Assembly: GCF_001194135.2 (NCBI RefSeq)
Contig: NC_068988.1
Coordinates: forward strand, 23,828,606-23,892,605
From: Octopus bimaculoides
Taxonomy: Eukaryota
Direction of reading: 5' to 3'
DNA: 64,000 nucleotides
Both the position numbers and the translations under genes were made by a program. The notes beneath the pieces were generated by a model that had not been told where the DNA came from, made no database searches, and saw only the letters and a program-made list of their open reading frames with translations. Of the stretch, positions 50,120 to 61,150 are shown piece after piece; position 1 is the stretch's first letter, and every line of letters starts with the position of its first letter.

Positions 50120-51569
50120 TGATTTTGATCACCTATCCTTTTGGGATACGATATTCGGGTGCCTACGCATAAGTACCATATTCAACCTTGAATCTATATC
50201 TAAACCGTATATANNNNNNNNNNNNNNNNNNNNNNNNNNNNNNNNNNNNNNNNNNNNNNNNNNNNNNNNNNNNNNNNNNNNNNNNNNNNNNNNNNNNNNN
50301 NNNNNNNNNNNNNNNNNNNNNNNNNNNNNNNNNNNNNNNNNNNNNNNNNNNNNNNNNNNNNNNNNNNNNNNNNNNNNNNNNNNNNNNNNNNNNNNNNNNN
50401 NNNNNNNNNNNNNNNNNNNNNNNNNNNNNNNNNNNNNNNNNNNNNNNNNNNNNNNNNNNNNNNNNNNNNNNNNNNNNNNNNNNNNNNNNNNNNNNNNNNN
50501 NNNNNNNNNNNNNNNNNNNNNNNNNNNNNNNNNNNNNNNNNNNNNNNNNNNNNNNNNNNNNNNNNNNNNNNNNNNNNNNNNNNNNNNNNNNNNNNNNNNN
50601 NNNNNNNNNNNNNNNNNNNNNNNNNNNNNNNNNNNNNNNNNNNNNNNNNNNNNNNNNNNNNNNNNNNNNNNNNNNNNNNNNNNNNNNNNNNNNNNNNNNN
50701 NNNNNNNNNNNNNNNNNNNNNNNNNNNNNNNNNNNNNNNNNNNNNNNNNNNNNNNNNNNNNNNNNNNNNNNNNNNNNNNNNNNNNNNNNNNNNNNNNNNN
50801 NNNNNNNNNNNNNNNNNNNNNNNNNNNNNNNNNNNNNNNNNNNNNNNNNNNNNNNNNNNNNNNNNNNNNNNNNNNNNNNNNNNNNNNNNNNNNNNNNNNN
50901 NNNNNNNNNNNNNNNNNNNNNNNNNNNNNNNNNNNNNNNNNNNNNNNNNNNNNNNNNNNNNNNNNNNNNNNTATATATATATATATATATGTTAGTACCC
51001 AGCTGTGACAATCTTAATCAGGTATCATCACAGCGATCTATTTGAGCCATGATCATTTTGAAGGAGAATAATACCATATTTTGAAACTCTAAATGGAAAT
51101 GACTACTGAACATATATAACATAGAGTGTCCATGAGTAACGGTACTTTCAAGAAAATTACTATGGAAGATGAAGTGCTCGAGATTGTGACGGAAGATTTA
51201 TGACGGTGTTCACTTACCTTCACAGTTCTATTCTGCCGTTCTTTTTCTTATGTTGCACAACATTTCCATTATAACCAAATGCACTCGGATTCAGAGAGTA
51301 AACATGTAAGTAAATATAACGTATGTGAGATTAAATCTGTTCTCATAAAAATATATTTGATATATTTTACTTTGTGAACATGCGAAACGGCAGTTAATTG
51401 TACAGAACAATTTCCTTACTAGTAATGGATACATAATGCACAGCTTTCTAGAAACCCAAGCACAACATAAAAAGTCCCTTCTCTCCTGTCCCATCACGAA
51501 AATATTATGCGACGAATATCGAGTTTATTATGCGGATGAAATAGTTACAAGATATAAATCTAATAATTG

Positions 51570-51760
51570 TTTCTGGTTCCGACACAATCCCATCGATTTT
51601 GTGTGAGTGAAGGTGGGATTATTGATACTATCGACCACAAAAACTCAATTGGTACAGTATTTTAGGACCCTGAAAGGATTGTAAGCAAAGCTAACCTTTG
51701 CGAGATTTGAACTCGGGATGTCAAATGCTATAACAAATTTTCCCAGGTATTCGTTGAAAG
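51570..51760 (-). mobile_element. Diverged family A SINE
   Basis: gatactatcgacc...ttggtac...gaccctgaaagga...gagatttgaactc layout. Confidence 0.6.
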
Positions 51761-51778
51761 GAAAAAAAGGCAGAACAG

Positions 51779-52807
51779 GTGGAGGCAGAAGTGGAAAAGG
51801 CGCTGAGGGAACGATCAAAGGAGAAAACGTATATAACCAAAGGAAGAAGATATGGGACAATGAACAGTAGAGGAAGCGAGGAGGCTGGCGAGTGTGGCGG
51901 TGAAAAGAGAGGAAGTAGTGCTTATGTCCACATACCTTGGAAGAAAGACTTCCAAAGTGAGGGTAGAAGCAATTCCACCGGATATAGAAGTGGCTTGAGT
52001 GGCAGCAGCTGTCTTTGTTGGAAGCGAGGAGAAGGTGGCTGTCCCACAAGCCACAGACACGGAAGAAGAAGGGTGGAAAGAAACGTAAGACGGAGGAGGG
52101 TCAACTAGAGAACTTGGCAGAAACGGTGACGTTGGGGAAATCGTGCTGAGGGTGTGGGTAGAAGGTAGAGTAACACGTTGATTTAAATGTAGCCAAAAGG
52201 GCCACATTAGAGAATACTGCCCTCTACAGATGACAATGGCTGAGGAAAGAGTTGTGGGGACGGAAGAGAGAAGAGGGGAAGAAAAGACAGACGGAGGAAA
52301 GGAGGAAAAGGAGGAAGAATGGAATGTTACAGAGAACAGAAGGAGAAAGAGAAAAAGAAAAAACACTAAGTATGATGTGGTACCCCAATCCAACTATATC
52401 CAACCCAAGACCACTCAGACGCACCCTCCCCATTCAGACACCAAACCAACCCACCCCATTTCTCCACAATAAATGACAAAGAAAAAGAAAGAACAGACAC
52501 CACAAAATTTAGAGATCCCCCCACCCCAGTGAAAAAGATTACGAATGCATGGCGGAGAGAATGAGGTCACTAAGTGATGGAGAAAGGGGAAAAAGGATTG
52601 GATTGAAGGAGAAAAAGGACTTAGGACCCAGAGGCGGCGAGTGGTGTTACTCAATGTGGGGTTATCATATTTTAATTTGTTTTTCATATTCATGTGTTAT
52701 TCATTATATCATATTTTATTTTTACATTTTTAATTGTTATATGTCCCCATATGTGTTGTAGTATCCCCCTCTGTGTAATGCCTTTGTGGCAATTTAAAAG
52801 AAATAAA
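51779..52807 (+). mobile_element. Degenerate LINE ORF1 (gag-like, one CCHC zinc knuckle) followed directly by a 3' tail, no ORF2
   Basis: Frameshifted reading TVEEARRLASVAVKREEVVLMSTYLGRKTSKVRVEAIPPDIEVA*VAAAV...LAETVTLG/EIVLRVWVEGRVTR*FKCSQKGHIREYCP; CX2CX4HX4C at 52179-52220 with the first Cys codon mutated to TGA. Confidence 0.75.
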
Positions 52808-53233
52808 GGAGCTTGCTTCCCAACCACATGGTTCCGGGTTCAGTTTCATTGTGTGGCTGTTTGAACGTCTGCTACGAAAGCCTTCTGCTATAGCCTTGGG
52901 CGGACCAAAGCCTTATGAGTGGATTTGGTAGGCGGAAATTGAAAGAAGCCCATCGTATACATACATACATACATACATACATACACACATGCATACACAC
53001 ACACACACACATATATATATATGCACAAACACACATATGTGTGTGTGTATTTGTGTGTCTGTGTTTGTTCCTCCAACATTACTTGACAAACGATGTTGGT
53101 ATGCTTACATCCCTGTAACTTAGCAGTTTGGTAATCGTGACCGATAGAATAGGTACCAGGTGAGTAGTGAAATCGATGAAATCGATACTCCTCTTCCCCT
53201 GATATTGCTGGCCTTGTGTCAAAATTTGAAACC
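52808..53233 (+). mobile_element. Chimeric SINE: family B head and body with internal microsatellite plus a family A3 tail
   Basis: gcttgcttcccaaccacatggttccgggttcag head; (TACA/CA/TG)n; after gatagaataggtaccagg the sequence switches to ...gatattgctggccttgtgtcaaaatttgaaacc. Confidence 0.82.
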
Positions 53234-53782
53234 AATATTCAGAGAGCCTCACTGGATAATGTTGGTCTAATTACAAAAATACGAAAGAAAGCAAAAGATA
53301 TTGCTGTGATGTTTTCTGAATTGTAAGAGTCCTCGATCAATCAAGTTTGACCTGAGATAATACACATAAATAAATAAAAGCAAAAAAGGAAAAGAAAACT
53401 AGACAACGTCTTGATACAAGCATCGACTCTTCTGTTTTAACTTGAAACGGAAGAGAGTGTGACAGCATAAGTCGTTATACCAGGGAGAAGTAAGAATTTA
53501 TAATTGCGACATTCTCATGTACGATCCGTGACGTTTATGACATAAACCACCTGTTAGTTAAATAACACCAGGCAGTATAAACAATGTTTAAACAGTGAGA
53601 GTAAAAAGAAAGTGTAAATGACAAACAAATTGGACAGGAATTTTTGCAAGTCATGATACTTAATTATAGTTTGAAATGTATGTTCAACGGTTTCGTTTTT
53701 GTGCAATTTTAAAAGTACTCACAGAACAAAAATCTCTGAACTACATGAAAATATTTGAAGATAATTCAGATGATGATAATGC

Positions 53783-53831
<49 letters not shown>

Positions 53832-53837
53832 ACACAC

Positions 53838-53868
<31 letters not shown>

Positions 53869-53889
53869 TATTTTACATACACATAGGGC

Positions 53890-54040
53890 GTACATTATTT
53901 ACATTTGATGGATATTTGTCCTCATCTTGTTTGTTCTTAACACAACGTTTAGGCTGATATACCGTCAAGCCTTTATCAGGTGTCTTGGGGAAATTTCGAA
54001 CCTGGGTTCTCATTCCTAAGGTATTTTTCGATGTTATTAT
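53890..54040 (-). mobile_element. Penelope-like terminal segment (inverted arm) with a degenerate minimal hammerhead motif at 53939-53984
   Basis: Minus strand: gacac CTGATAA a ggctt-gacggtatat-cagcc TAAA cgtt gtgtt; homologous to both arms of the 42.8-kb palindrome. Confidence 0.78.
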
Positions 54041-54047
54041 ATTCCAG

Positions 54048-54187
54048 TGGGCATATGGCGTAGTGGTTAAGAGCGCGGGCTACTAACCCCAAGATTCCGA
54101 GTTCGATTCCAGGCAGTAACCTGAATAATAAAAATAATAATAATAAAAATAATAACATCGATAAATACCTTAGGAATGAGAACCCAG
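54048..54187 (+). mobile_element. tRNA-derived Pol III head plus AAT-rich linker fused to the start of the Penelope-like segment
   Basis: tggcgtagtggtt (A box), gagttcgattcc (B box), ggg-ctactaa-ccc anticodon-like arm, unpaired acceptor stem; 54149-54187 is the reverse complement of 54002-54040 (39 bp, 1 mismatch). Confidence 0.8.
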
Positions 54188-54324
54188 TACTTGTTTTTCA
54201 AGCCTGTTACTTATTCTGTTTTTTGGGTTTTTGACGAACCGATAGGTTACGGCGCCGTAAACACACCAAAGACGGTTGTCAAGCGGTGAATGGGGTGGGA
54301 ATCAGACACAAAACACACACACAC

Positions 54325-54378
<54 letters not shown>

Positions 54379-54500
54379 GATGGGCTTCTTTCAGTTTCTA
54401 TCTACCAAGTCCACACACAAGGCTTTGGTCGTGCCGAAGGTGCCACGCAGTAGGACTGAACCTGGAAGCTTGTGATTGGGAACCGAGCTTCTTACCACAT
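54188..54500 (-). mobile_element. Family B SINE with internal microsatellite, internally deleted
   Basis: Homologous to the 42015-42378 copy. Confidence 0.82.
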
Positions 54501-54935
54501 ATATTGTCACAATGCTCAACACAAAAGTCAGTGAGGTATTGAGTTTTTATCCGCCTCAAAGCTGCGATGAATAAATCTTTAAGAAAATATGCAAGATTGT
54601 GCATGCATTTGCAAGTAAAAATATTTTATGCTAAAATGTTTCGAGTCAGCAACCACTGAAAATGTTATAATAACACCAAAACATGACTGGACTTGTCTTC
54701 CATAATTATCAGAAAACTAAGAAAATAATTACAAATCCTGCAAAAGTGTCAATTTTTTTTCACCGAATATTTATTTCAAGCTGACGTTTTAATCATGTAT
54801 CTATTAAATAAACTGACACTAACTTACTGCATTATCGATTATTCAATGTATGTATGTATGTGTGTATGTATGCATGTGTGTATGCATGTGTGTATTTATC
54901 TATATGTGTGTGTATGTATGAGTGTGTGCATGTAA

Positions 54936-54992
<57 letters not shown>

Positions 54993-55812
54993 AATATATA
55001 AACATATATACATATATAAATATATAAACGTATAATTATACATGCTTACAAATATGTATACGCATATATATACACATATATATATATACTTATTTATATA
55101 TACATATATAAATATAAATATACATATACCGGTGTATGTGTGTGTATGTATGAGTCCACAAACACACACACANNNNNNNNNNNNNNNNNNNNNNNNNNNN
55201 NNNNNNNNNNNNNNNNNNNNNNNNNNNNNNNNNNNNNNNNNNNNNNNNNNNNNNNNNNNNNNNNNNNNNNNNNNNNNNNNNNNNNNNNNNNNNNNNNNNN
55301 NNNNNNNNNNNNNNNNNNNNNNNNNNNNNNNNNNNNNNNNNNNNNNNNNNNNNNNNNNNNNNNNNNNNNNNNNNNNNNNNNNNNNNNNNNNNNNNNNNNN
55401 NNNNNNNNNNNNNNNNNNNNNNNNNNNNNNNNNNNNNNNNNNNNNNNNNNNNNNNNNNNNNNNNNNNNNNNNNNNNNNNNNNNNNNNNNNNNNNNNNNNN
55501 NNNNNNNNNNNNNNNNNNNNNNNNNNNNNNNNNNNNNNNNNNNNNNNNNNNNNNNNNNNNNNNNNNNNNNNNNNNNNNNNNNNNNNNNNNNNNNNNNNNN
55601 NNNNNNNNNNNNNNNNNNNNNNNNNNNNNNNNNNNNNNNNNNNNNNNNNNNNNNNNNNNNNNNNNNNNNNNNNNNNNNNNNNNNNNNNNNNNNNNNNNNN
55701 NNNNNNNNNNNNNNNNNNNNNNNNNNNNNNNNNNNNNNNNNNNNNNNNNNNNNNNNNNNNNNNNNNNNNNNNNNNNNNNNNNNNNNNNNNNNNNNNNNNN
55801 NNNNNNNNNNNN

Positions 55813-55863
<51 letters not shown>

Positions 55864-57069
55864 TACATATACATATATGCTGGATCAGCAAGTATTGAAT
55901 ACATTTCTGTTTCCCTTTTGCTGAATCAGTATTGAATTTAGAAGACACACTCTGTATTTTTATTCCATTCACATATTCTGTTATCCATCTTTCCTCCCCA
56001 ATCGCGCATAAAACATTACAGCAGATGCGATAGTCAAAGTGCGTGGGTTCATAATAGAAAACAACGTTATACAGATATTATTGGTGCAAAGAAATTGCTG
56101 TGTGGTATTTAATATTTAATAAGCCGTTTTATATCATCCGATAACTGCGAGAAATGTTTTGTTTACCATAAAGAAAAAAATTTGATTGCAAAATAAAAAT
56201 AAATGAATAAATAAATAATAGACAAATAAATGAATGAGAAACTGTTGGTTAAATGGTTAAAATATAATTTTCCACAGAGATACTCAATATTGAGATATGA
56301 GAATTTCTACAATATATATATATATATTTTTTTTTTACTAAAGACGAATGTTTTGTGGTTTCTAAGTTATTTTATCTTTAATAATAAAAGGAAGACTATC
56401 TTTTTATTGCTTGGATATATTTCTAGTTTAGGTACACTAAATAAATAACACTTTCAACATCCAGTATTGAGTACACTTTCATCCACTTGTTTCCAACATC
56501 GTTTATATGCATGCTCGAAAGTATACTTTTGAATCTGTATTATTGCTACGTATTTTCGAATTTATATCCGTTATTTATACTTTTAGGTATTCATACCCAC
56601 ACACTCACACAAATATATATACTTCGATTATACACACAAATATATATTCACGGATATAGGTTAGGTATATCTTTAGCTTATGTATATATTTTTAATGCCC
56701 CGCGCCTGAGATTCCCAGTTATAACTTGAGATTAATATCATACTAAACGTCTGTTTTGTTAGATCTGATTATTACACAATCCATCAGACTACCGCAAAAA
56801 AATTTCGCAAGAAATCTCCATAATTACTTTAAAGAAGTAGAGTTCTCAAATCGAAGCTGTAAATTTCCCTGTCGTTTTTTCCGTATCTTGAACTTACATC
56901 ACATAAAAGAAACAAATGTAAAACTACAATATATTCAGAAACTTCTGAATCTTTCCTATAATGTATTTGGACATTTAGAGAAAATGTTTCATTGCTATTT
57001 ATAATTCAATTTCTCGTGAACACAATGTCAAGAATGCACTCAACTTTTAAAATAAATCATGTGAAGAAG

Positions 57070-57200
57070 AGCGGTTTAGCAGCTAGGGTGTTACACTCAT
57101 GATCGCCAGATTGCGATTTCTAATCCTGGCTCGAGCGTGCGTTCCTTTCTTGAGCAAAATACTTATTTCACACCAATCAGCTATAAATGAGCAGCCATGC
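57070..57200 (+). mobile_element. Degenerate tRNA/CORE-type SINE head
   Basis: cactcatgatcg...atttctaatcctgg...ttcttgagcaaaatacttatttcac resembles 62097-62228. Confidence 0.5.
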
Positions 57201-57300
57201 GACAGAACTTTTGTCCGTGAGAATGTTCTGATTTCGGTCGCGTATACGCCATGGGTCCTCGGATTCGAGGTAATTTTGTGTAGAAGATTTAATTTTTCTT

Positions 57301-57372
57301 CTTTTAATTATTTACATTCGACGGAAATAATGAAAATAAGGTACATAATTCCTCATCTCTTAAATATAGAAC
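57301..57372. mobile_element. 72-bp internally deleted relic of the Penelope-like palindrome
   Basis: Left: attatttacattcgacggaaat (start of the inverted arm). Right: aatgaaaataaggtacataattcctcatctcttaaatatagaac (direct terminus). Candidate 12-bp TSD ttaatttt(t/c)ctt at 57289-57300 and 57373-57384. Confidence 0.65.
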
Positions 57373-57533
57373 TTAATTTTCCTTGTTTTTGTTTTGTACA
57401 GAAGAACATACGCACAAAGAAAAAACAAACAAACAATGTATCAATTATAAATTTAACAGAATAATTTTGATGTACAGATACAATCGTTTCTAAATTTTAC
57501 CTTCGTATTCTTCTACAGTGGGGCACTAAAAGT

Positions 57534-58537
57534 GGTTTCAAATTTTGGCACAGACCAGTGCTTTCGGGGGAGTGGGTACGTGGATTAATGATAGTCATCA
57601 AAAATATCCTGTTATTGTTTGCTAGAAATCTACTTTTCGGAACTCCTTTGTATACAAGATTCTCTCCCATCATATGCATACATCTTCAGATAGCACGTAT
57701 ATCATCGACCCCGGAAGAACGAGAGGCAACATCAACCTCGGTGGAATTTGAACTCAGAATATAAATATGGATGAAATAATGCTAAATATTTTTGCCCGGC
57801 ATACAAACGATTCTGCCAGTTCACCACTTTTAGGGCTCTAAATTAATCCTTTCTAGTAAAGCCACAAGGCCTGAAATTTTGGGGGAGGGAATTAGTCGAT
57901 TACATTGACCCCACTGTTTTACTGGTACTTAATTTATCGATCCCGAAAAGATAAAAGGTAAAGTCGACCACAGTCGAAAGGTAAAGTTGAACTCAGAACG
58001 TAAAGATGAAATGTTGCTAAGTATTTTACTTGAGGTGTTAACGATTCTGCCAGCTCGCAGCCTTTGAATGTAACTAAATAATGAAAAAAATTATCGCAAT
58101 ATATTTTCATTTACTTTCCTACTCTAGAAACAAGGTCCGAAATGATTGGAGAGGGGGCCAGTCGATTAGATCGATCCTAATACGCAACGGGTTCTTAATT
58201 AATCGACCCCGAAAAGGATGAAAGGTAAAACCGACATCGGTGGAATTTGAACCCAGAACGTAGAGACAAAATGCCTCTAAGCATTTTGCTCGTAGTGCTA
58301 ACGATTCTTATTTCTAAATTGCCCATAAGGGGCTAAACATAGAGGGGACAAACTAGGACAGACAAAGGGATTAAGTCTATTACATCGACCCAGTGCGCAA
58401 CTGGTATTTAATTTATCGACCCCGAAAGGAGGAAAGACAAAGTCGACCTCGGCGGAATTTGAACTTAGAACGTAACGACAAACGAAATACTGCTAAGCAT
58501 TTCGCCCGGCACTCTAACGATTCTGCGAGCCCACCGC
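57534..58537 (-). mobile_element. Four head-to-tail family A SINE units on the minus strand
   Basis: Units at about 57534-57828 (interrupted), 57843-58063, 58115-58304 and 58305-58537, each with ggaatttgaac and aacgattct motifs. Confidence 0.88.
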
Positions 58538-59326
58538 TTTTGAAGATACTGAAATAATGCAAAAATATTGTAAGGTATGAGACAGAATCTCATCAAATTT
58601 ATTGCAATATATTTTCATTTACATGAAACAATTCGTATACAATTAATTACTTGTCTTTTTCTAATTTAAACCCTTTTCTTTTCATATTTTTTTCCTAACA
58701 CCCAAAATAGTTATTTTGTTCTAATGAAATGTCATAGTTTTTGAATTCAAGTTATCATTATACATTAATGTATAACTTCTTAAATTGCAGTGACAGCAAA
58801 GTCTATTCAACAACATTTATAAATTTAGCAATTTAATTTAATGTATCTAAATATTTTGTTTTGGTACCGACAGCAAATTCTTATATAAAAAGCGCGTATT
58901 GTATTTAAGGAAAAAATATTTTTGTATCTTAATCAAAACACTAAGCCATTGGGTCTTATAAATATTTAACTGAAAAAAGGTATACTCCGTTGTTCTTTTA
59001 GTAAATATTTATCGTAAATACTAGAGATAAAAATTTCTTAAAATAACAGAATTGTTTTACAATAAATAGTTTTAAAATCTAATCAATCATTAGAGCAATA
59101 ATAATTATCGTAACGAAAATAAACTTAAAGTAACTGACAACAATTAATAATAGTCATCGAAAATATCCTATTGTTATTTGCTAGAATAATCATTTTTTAA
59201 AACTCGATTGTATACAAGATTCGCTTCCATCATATACCCGTCATCACACTAGTTTCCACGCTTAAATAAACCATTCTATTATGAAATATATTTGATATAT
59301 TAATCTTTTGGTTTTATATAAATAGA

Positions 59327-59370
<44 letters not shown>

Positions 59371-59429
59371 CACACACACAAACACACACATATAAATATG
59401 CAGGCATGGAGAGGTGCAGGTGTAACTAA

Positions 59430-59651
59430 GCGCAGGCGTGGTGATGTGGAAAGAAGTTTGCTTCCGAACCACACGGTTCGGAGTTAAGTTTCACTACATG
59501 GCACCTTGGGCAAGTGTCTTCAGTATAGCCTCGGGCAGACCAAAGCCTTGTGATTGAATTTGGTAGAAAGAAACTGTAGGAAGCCTGTATTGTATATATA
59601 CACACAGACATACATACATATACATATATGCATGAGTGTATACATATATGC

Positions 59652-59692
<41 letters not shown>

Positions 59693-59777
59693 GACACACA
59701 TACACACACACANNNNNNNNNNATATATACACACACACAGACACACATACACACACACAAACACACACACACACACT

Positions 59778-59815
<38 letters not shown>

Positions 59816-59940
59816 CGTGTGTGCGTGTGATTATATATGTCCGTGTTAGTTCCCCAGCACCGCTTGACAATCAGTGTTGGTATGTTTACGCCCACGTATC
59901 TTAGTGGCTCGGCAAAAACGTCAGATAGAATAAGTACCAC
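59430..59940 (+). mobile_element. Family B CORE-type SINE with internal microsatellite
   Basis: ggcaccttgggcaagtgtcttc CORE, gaccaaagccttgtg, about 250 bp of (TA/CA)n, then accgcttgacaatc...gatagaataagtac. Confidence 0.87.
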
Positions 59941-59958
59941 ACTTTAAAGAGTCTTGAA

Positions 59959-60180
59959 GGTGGCGCTTGGCTTAGGTGTTAGCGTGTTGCACTCACGATT
60001 GCGAGATCGCGGTTTCGATTCCCAGACCGGGCGTTGCAATCATTACGTCATCTGACACGTGGCACATTATGCACCTGTACAGGTAATGTCGATATGATGG
60101 TGGGAGTGAGCTTATGTGAGCACAAACATTCGATCAATATAAACAAATCATCTTTGTGGTCGTCTAACGGCAAAAGAATC
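59959..60180 (+). mobile_element. tRNA-headed SINE (head shared with family D, different tail)
   Basis: tggcttaggtgttag (A box), ggtttcgattccc (B box). Confidence 0.7.
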
Positions 60181-60189
60181 CGTGATATA

Positions 60190-60431
60190 CAGTAATCACT
60201 CGACTATCGCGGACGTTACGTTCGATAACATCCTGCGATAGGTGAAAATCCGCGAAATGGAAACAGTACTGTACTATATAGATTAAAAAATTATTTTTAT
60301 AATTTGTATATAGTTATTTGATTATAAATTGAAAACAACACGGAGGCATCGACGTAAGCTTAAATAATAAAATAATAAACCACGATAGGTGAACCGTGAT
60401 AGGTGAACCGGGATATGGCGAGGGATGACTG
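60190..60431. mobile_element. pogo/Tigger-like MITE (242 bp), TA TSD
   Basis: ta|cagtaatcactcgactatcgcgg ... ccgggatatggcgagggatgactg|ta, an imperfect ~24-bp TIR starting CAGT. Confidence 0.8.
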
Positions 60432-60436
60432 TATAC

Positions 60437-60489
<53 letters not shown>

Positions 60490-60492
<3 letters not shown>

Positions 60493-60665
60493 CACTTACT
60501 GTATCGACAACCTGATATTACCGCTGGCTAGGCGAGCAGGTGGACATTCTACCTGCCTGAATAGACAACATTCTATTGCATTATGATCTATTTACACCGG
60601 CCTGGGAATCGAACCCATGGTCATGCAATCGTGAGCACAACACTAACGATTACGCCAGGCGCCTT
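60490..60665 (-). mobile_element. tRNA-headed SINE fragment
   Basis: Minus strand: ggcgcctggcgtaatcgttag...gggttcgattcccaggccgg (A and B boxes). Confidence 0.68.
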
Positions 60666-60771
60666 CATATTTATACACACACACATTGTCCCCCCTCTCT
60701 CTCGGTCTATCTCTCTCACATGTATATTAACATGCATGTAGATATATACTTATACATAGATATACACACAT

Positions 60772-61150
60772 GTTGGCACTCCGTCGGTTACGACGACGAA
60801 GGTACCTGTTGATCCGATCAACGGAACAGCCTGCTCGTGAAATTAACGTGCAAGTGGCTGAACATTCCACAGACACGTGTACCCTTAACGTAGTTCTCGG
60901 GGAGATTCGCCGTGGGACAGTGTGACAAGGCTGGCCCTTTGAATTACAGGTAGAACAGAAACAGGAAGTAAGAGTGAAAGAAAGTTGTGGTGAAAGAGTA
61001 CAGCAGGGTTTGCCACCATCCCCTGCCGGATCCTCGTGGAACTTTAGATGTTTTCGCTTAATAAACACTCACAACGCCCGGTCTGGGAATCGAAACCGCG
61101 ATCCTACGACCGTGAGTCTGCAGCCCTAACCACTGGGCCATTGCGTCTCC
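60772..61150 (-). mobile_element. Full-length tRNA-derived SINE, family D (tRNA-Arg-like head; possibly the octopus OR1 type)
   Basis: Minus strand: ggagacgcaatggcccagtggttaggg...ggtttcgattcccagaccggg head; tail gttaatttcacgagcaggctgttccgttgatcggatcaac...gacggagtgccaac. Confidence 0.88.

Noticed and set aside
54048-54123. Functional tRNA gene
   Set aside because: A and B boxes and an anticodon-like arm are present, but the acceptor stem does not pair; treated as a SINE head.
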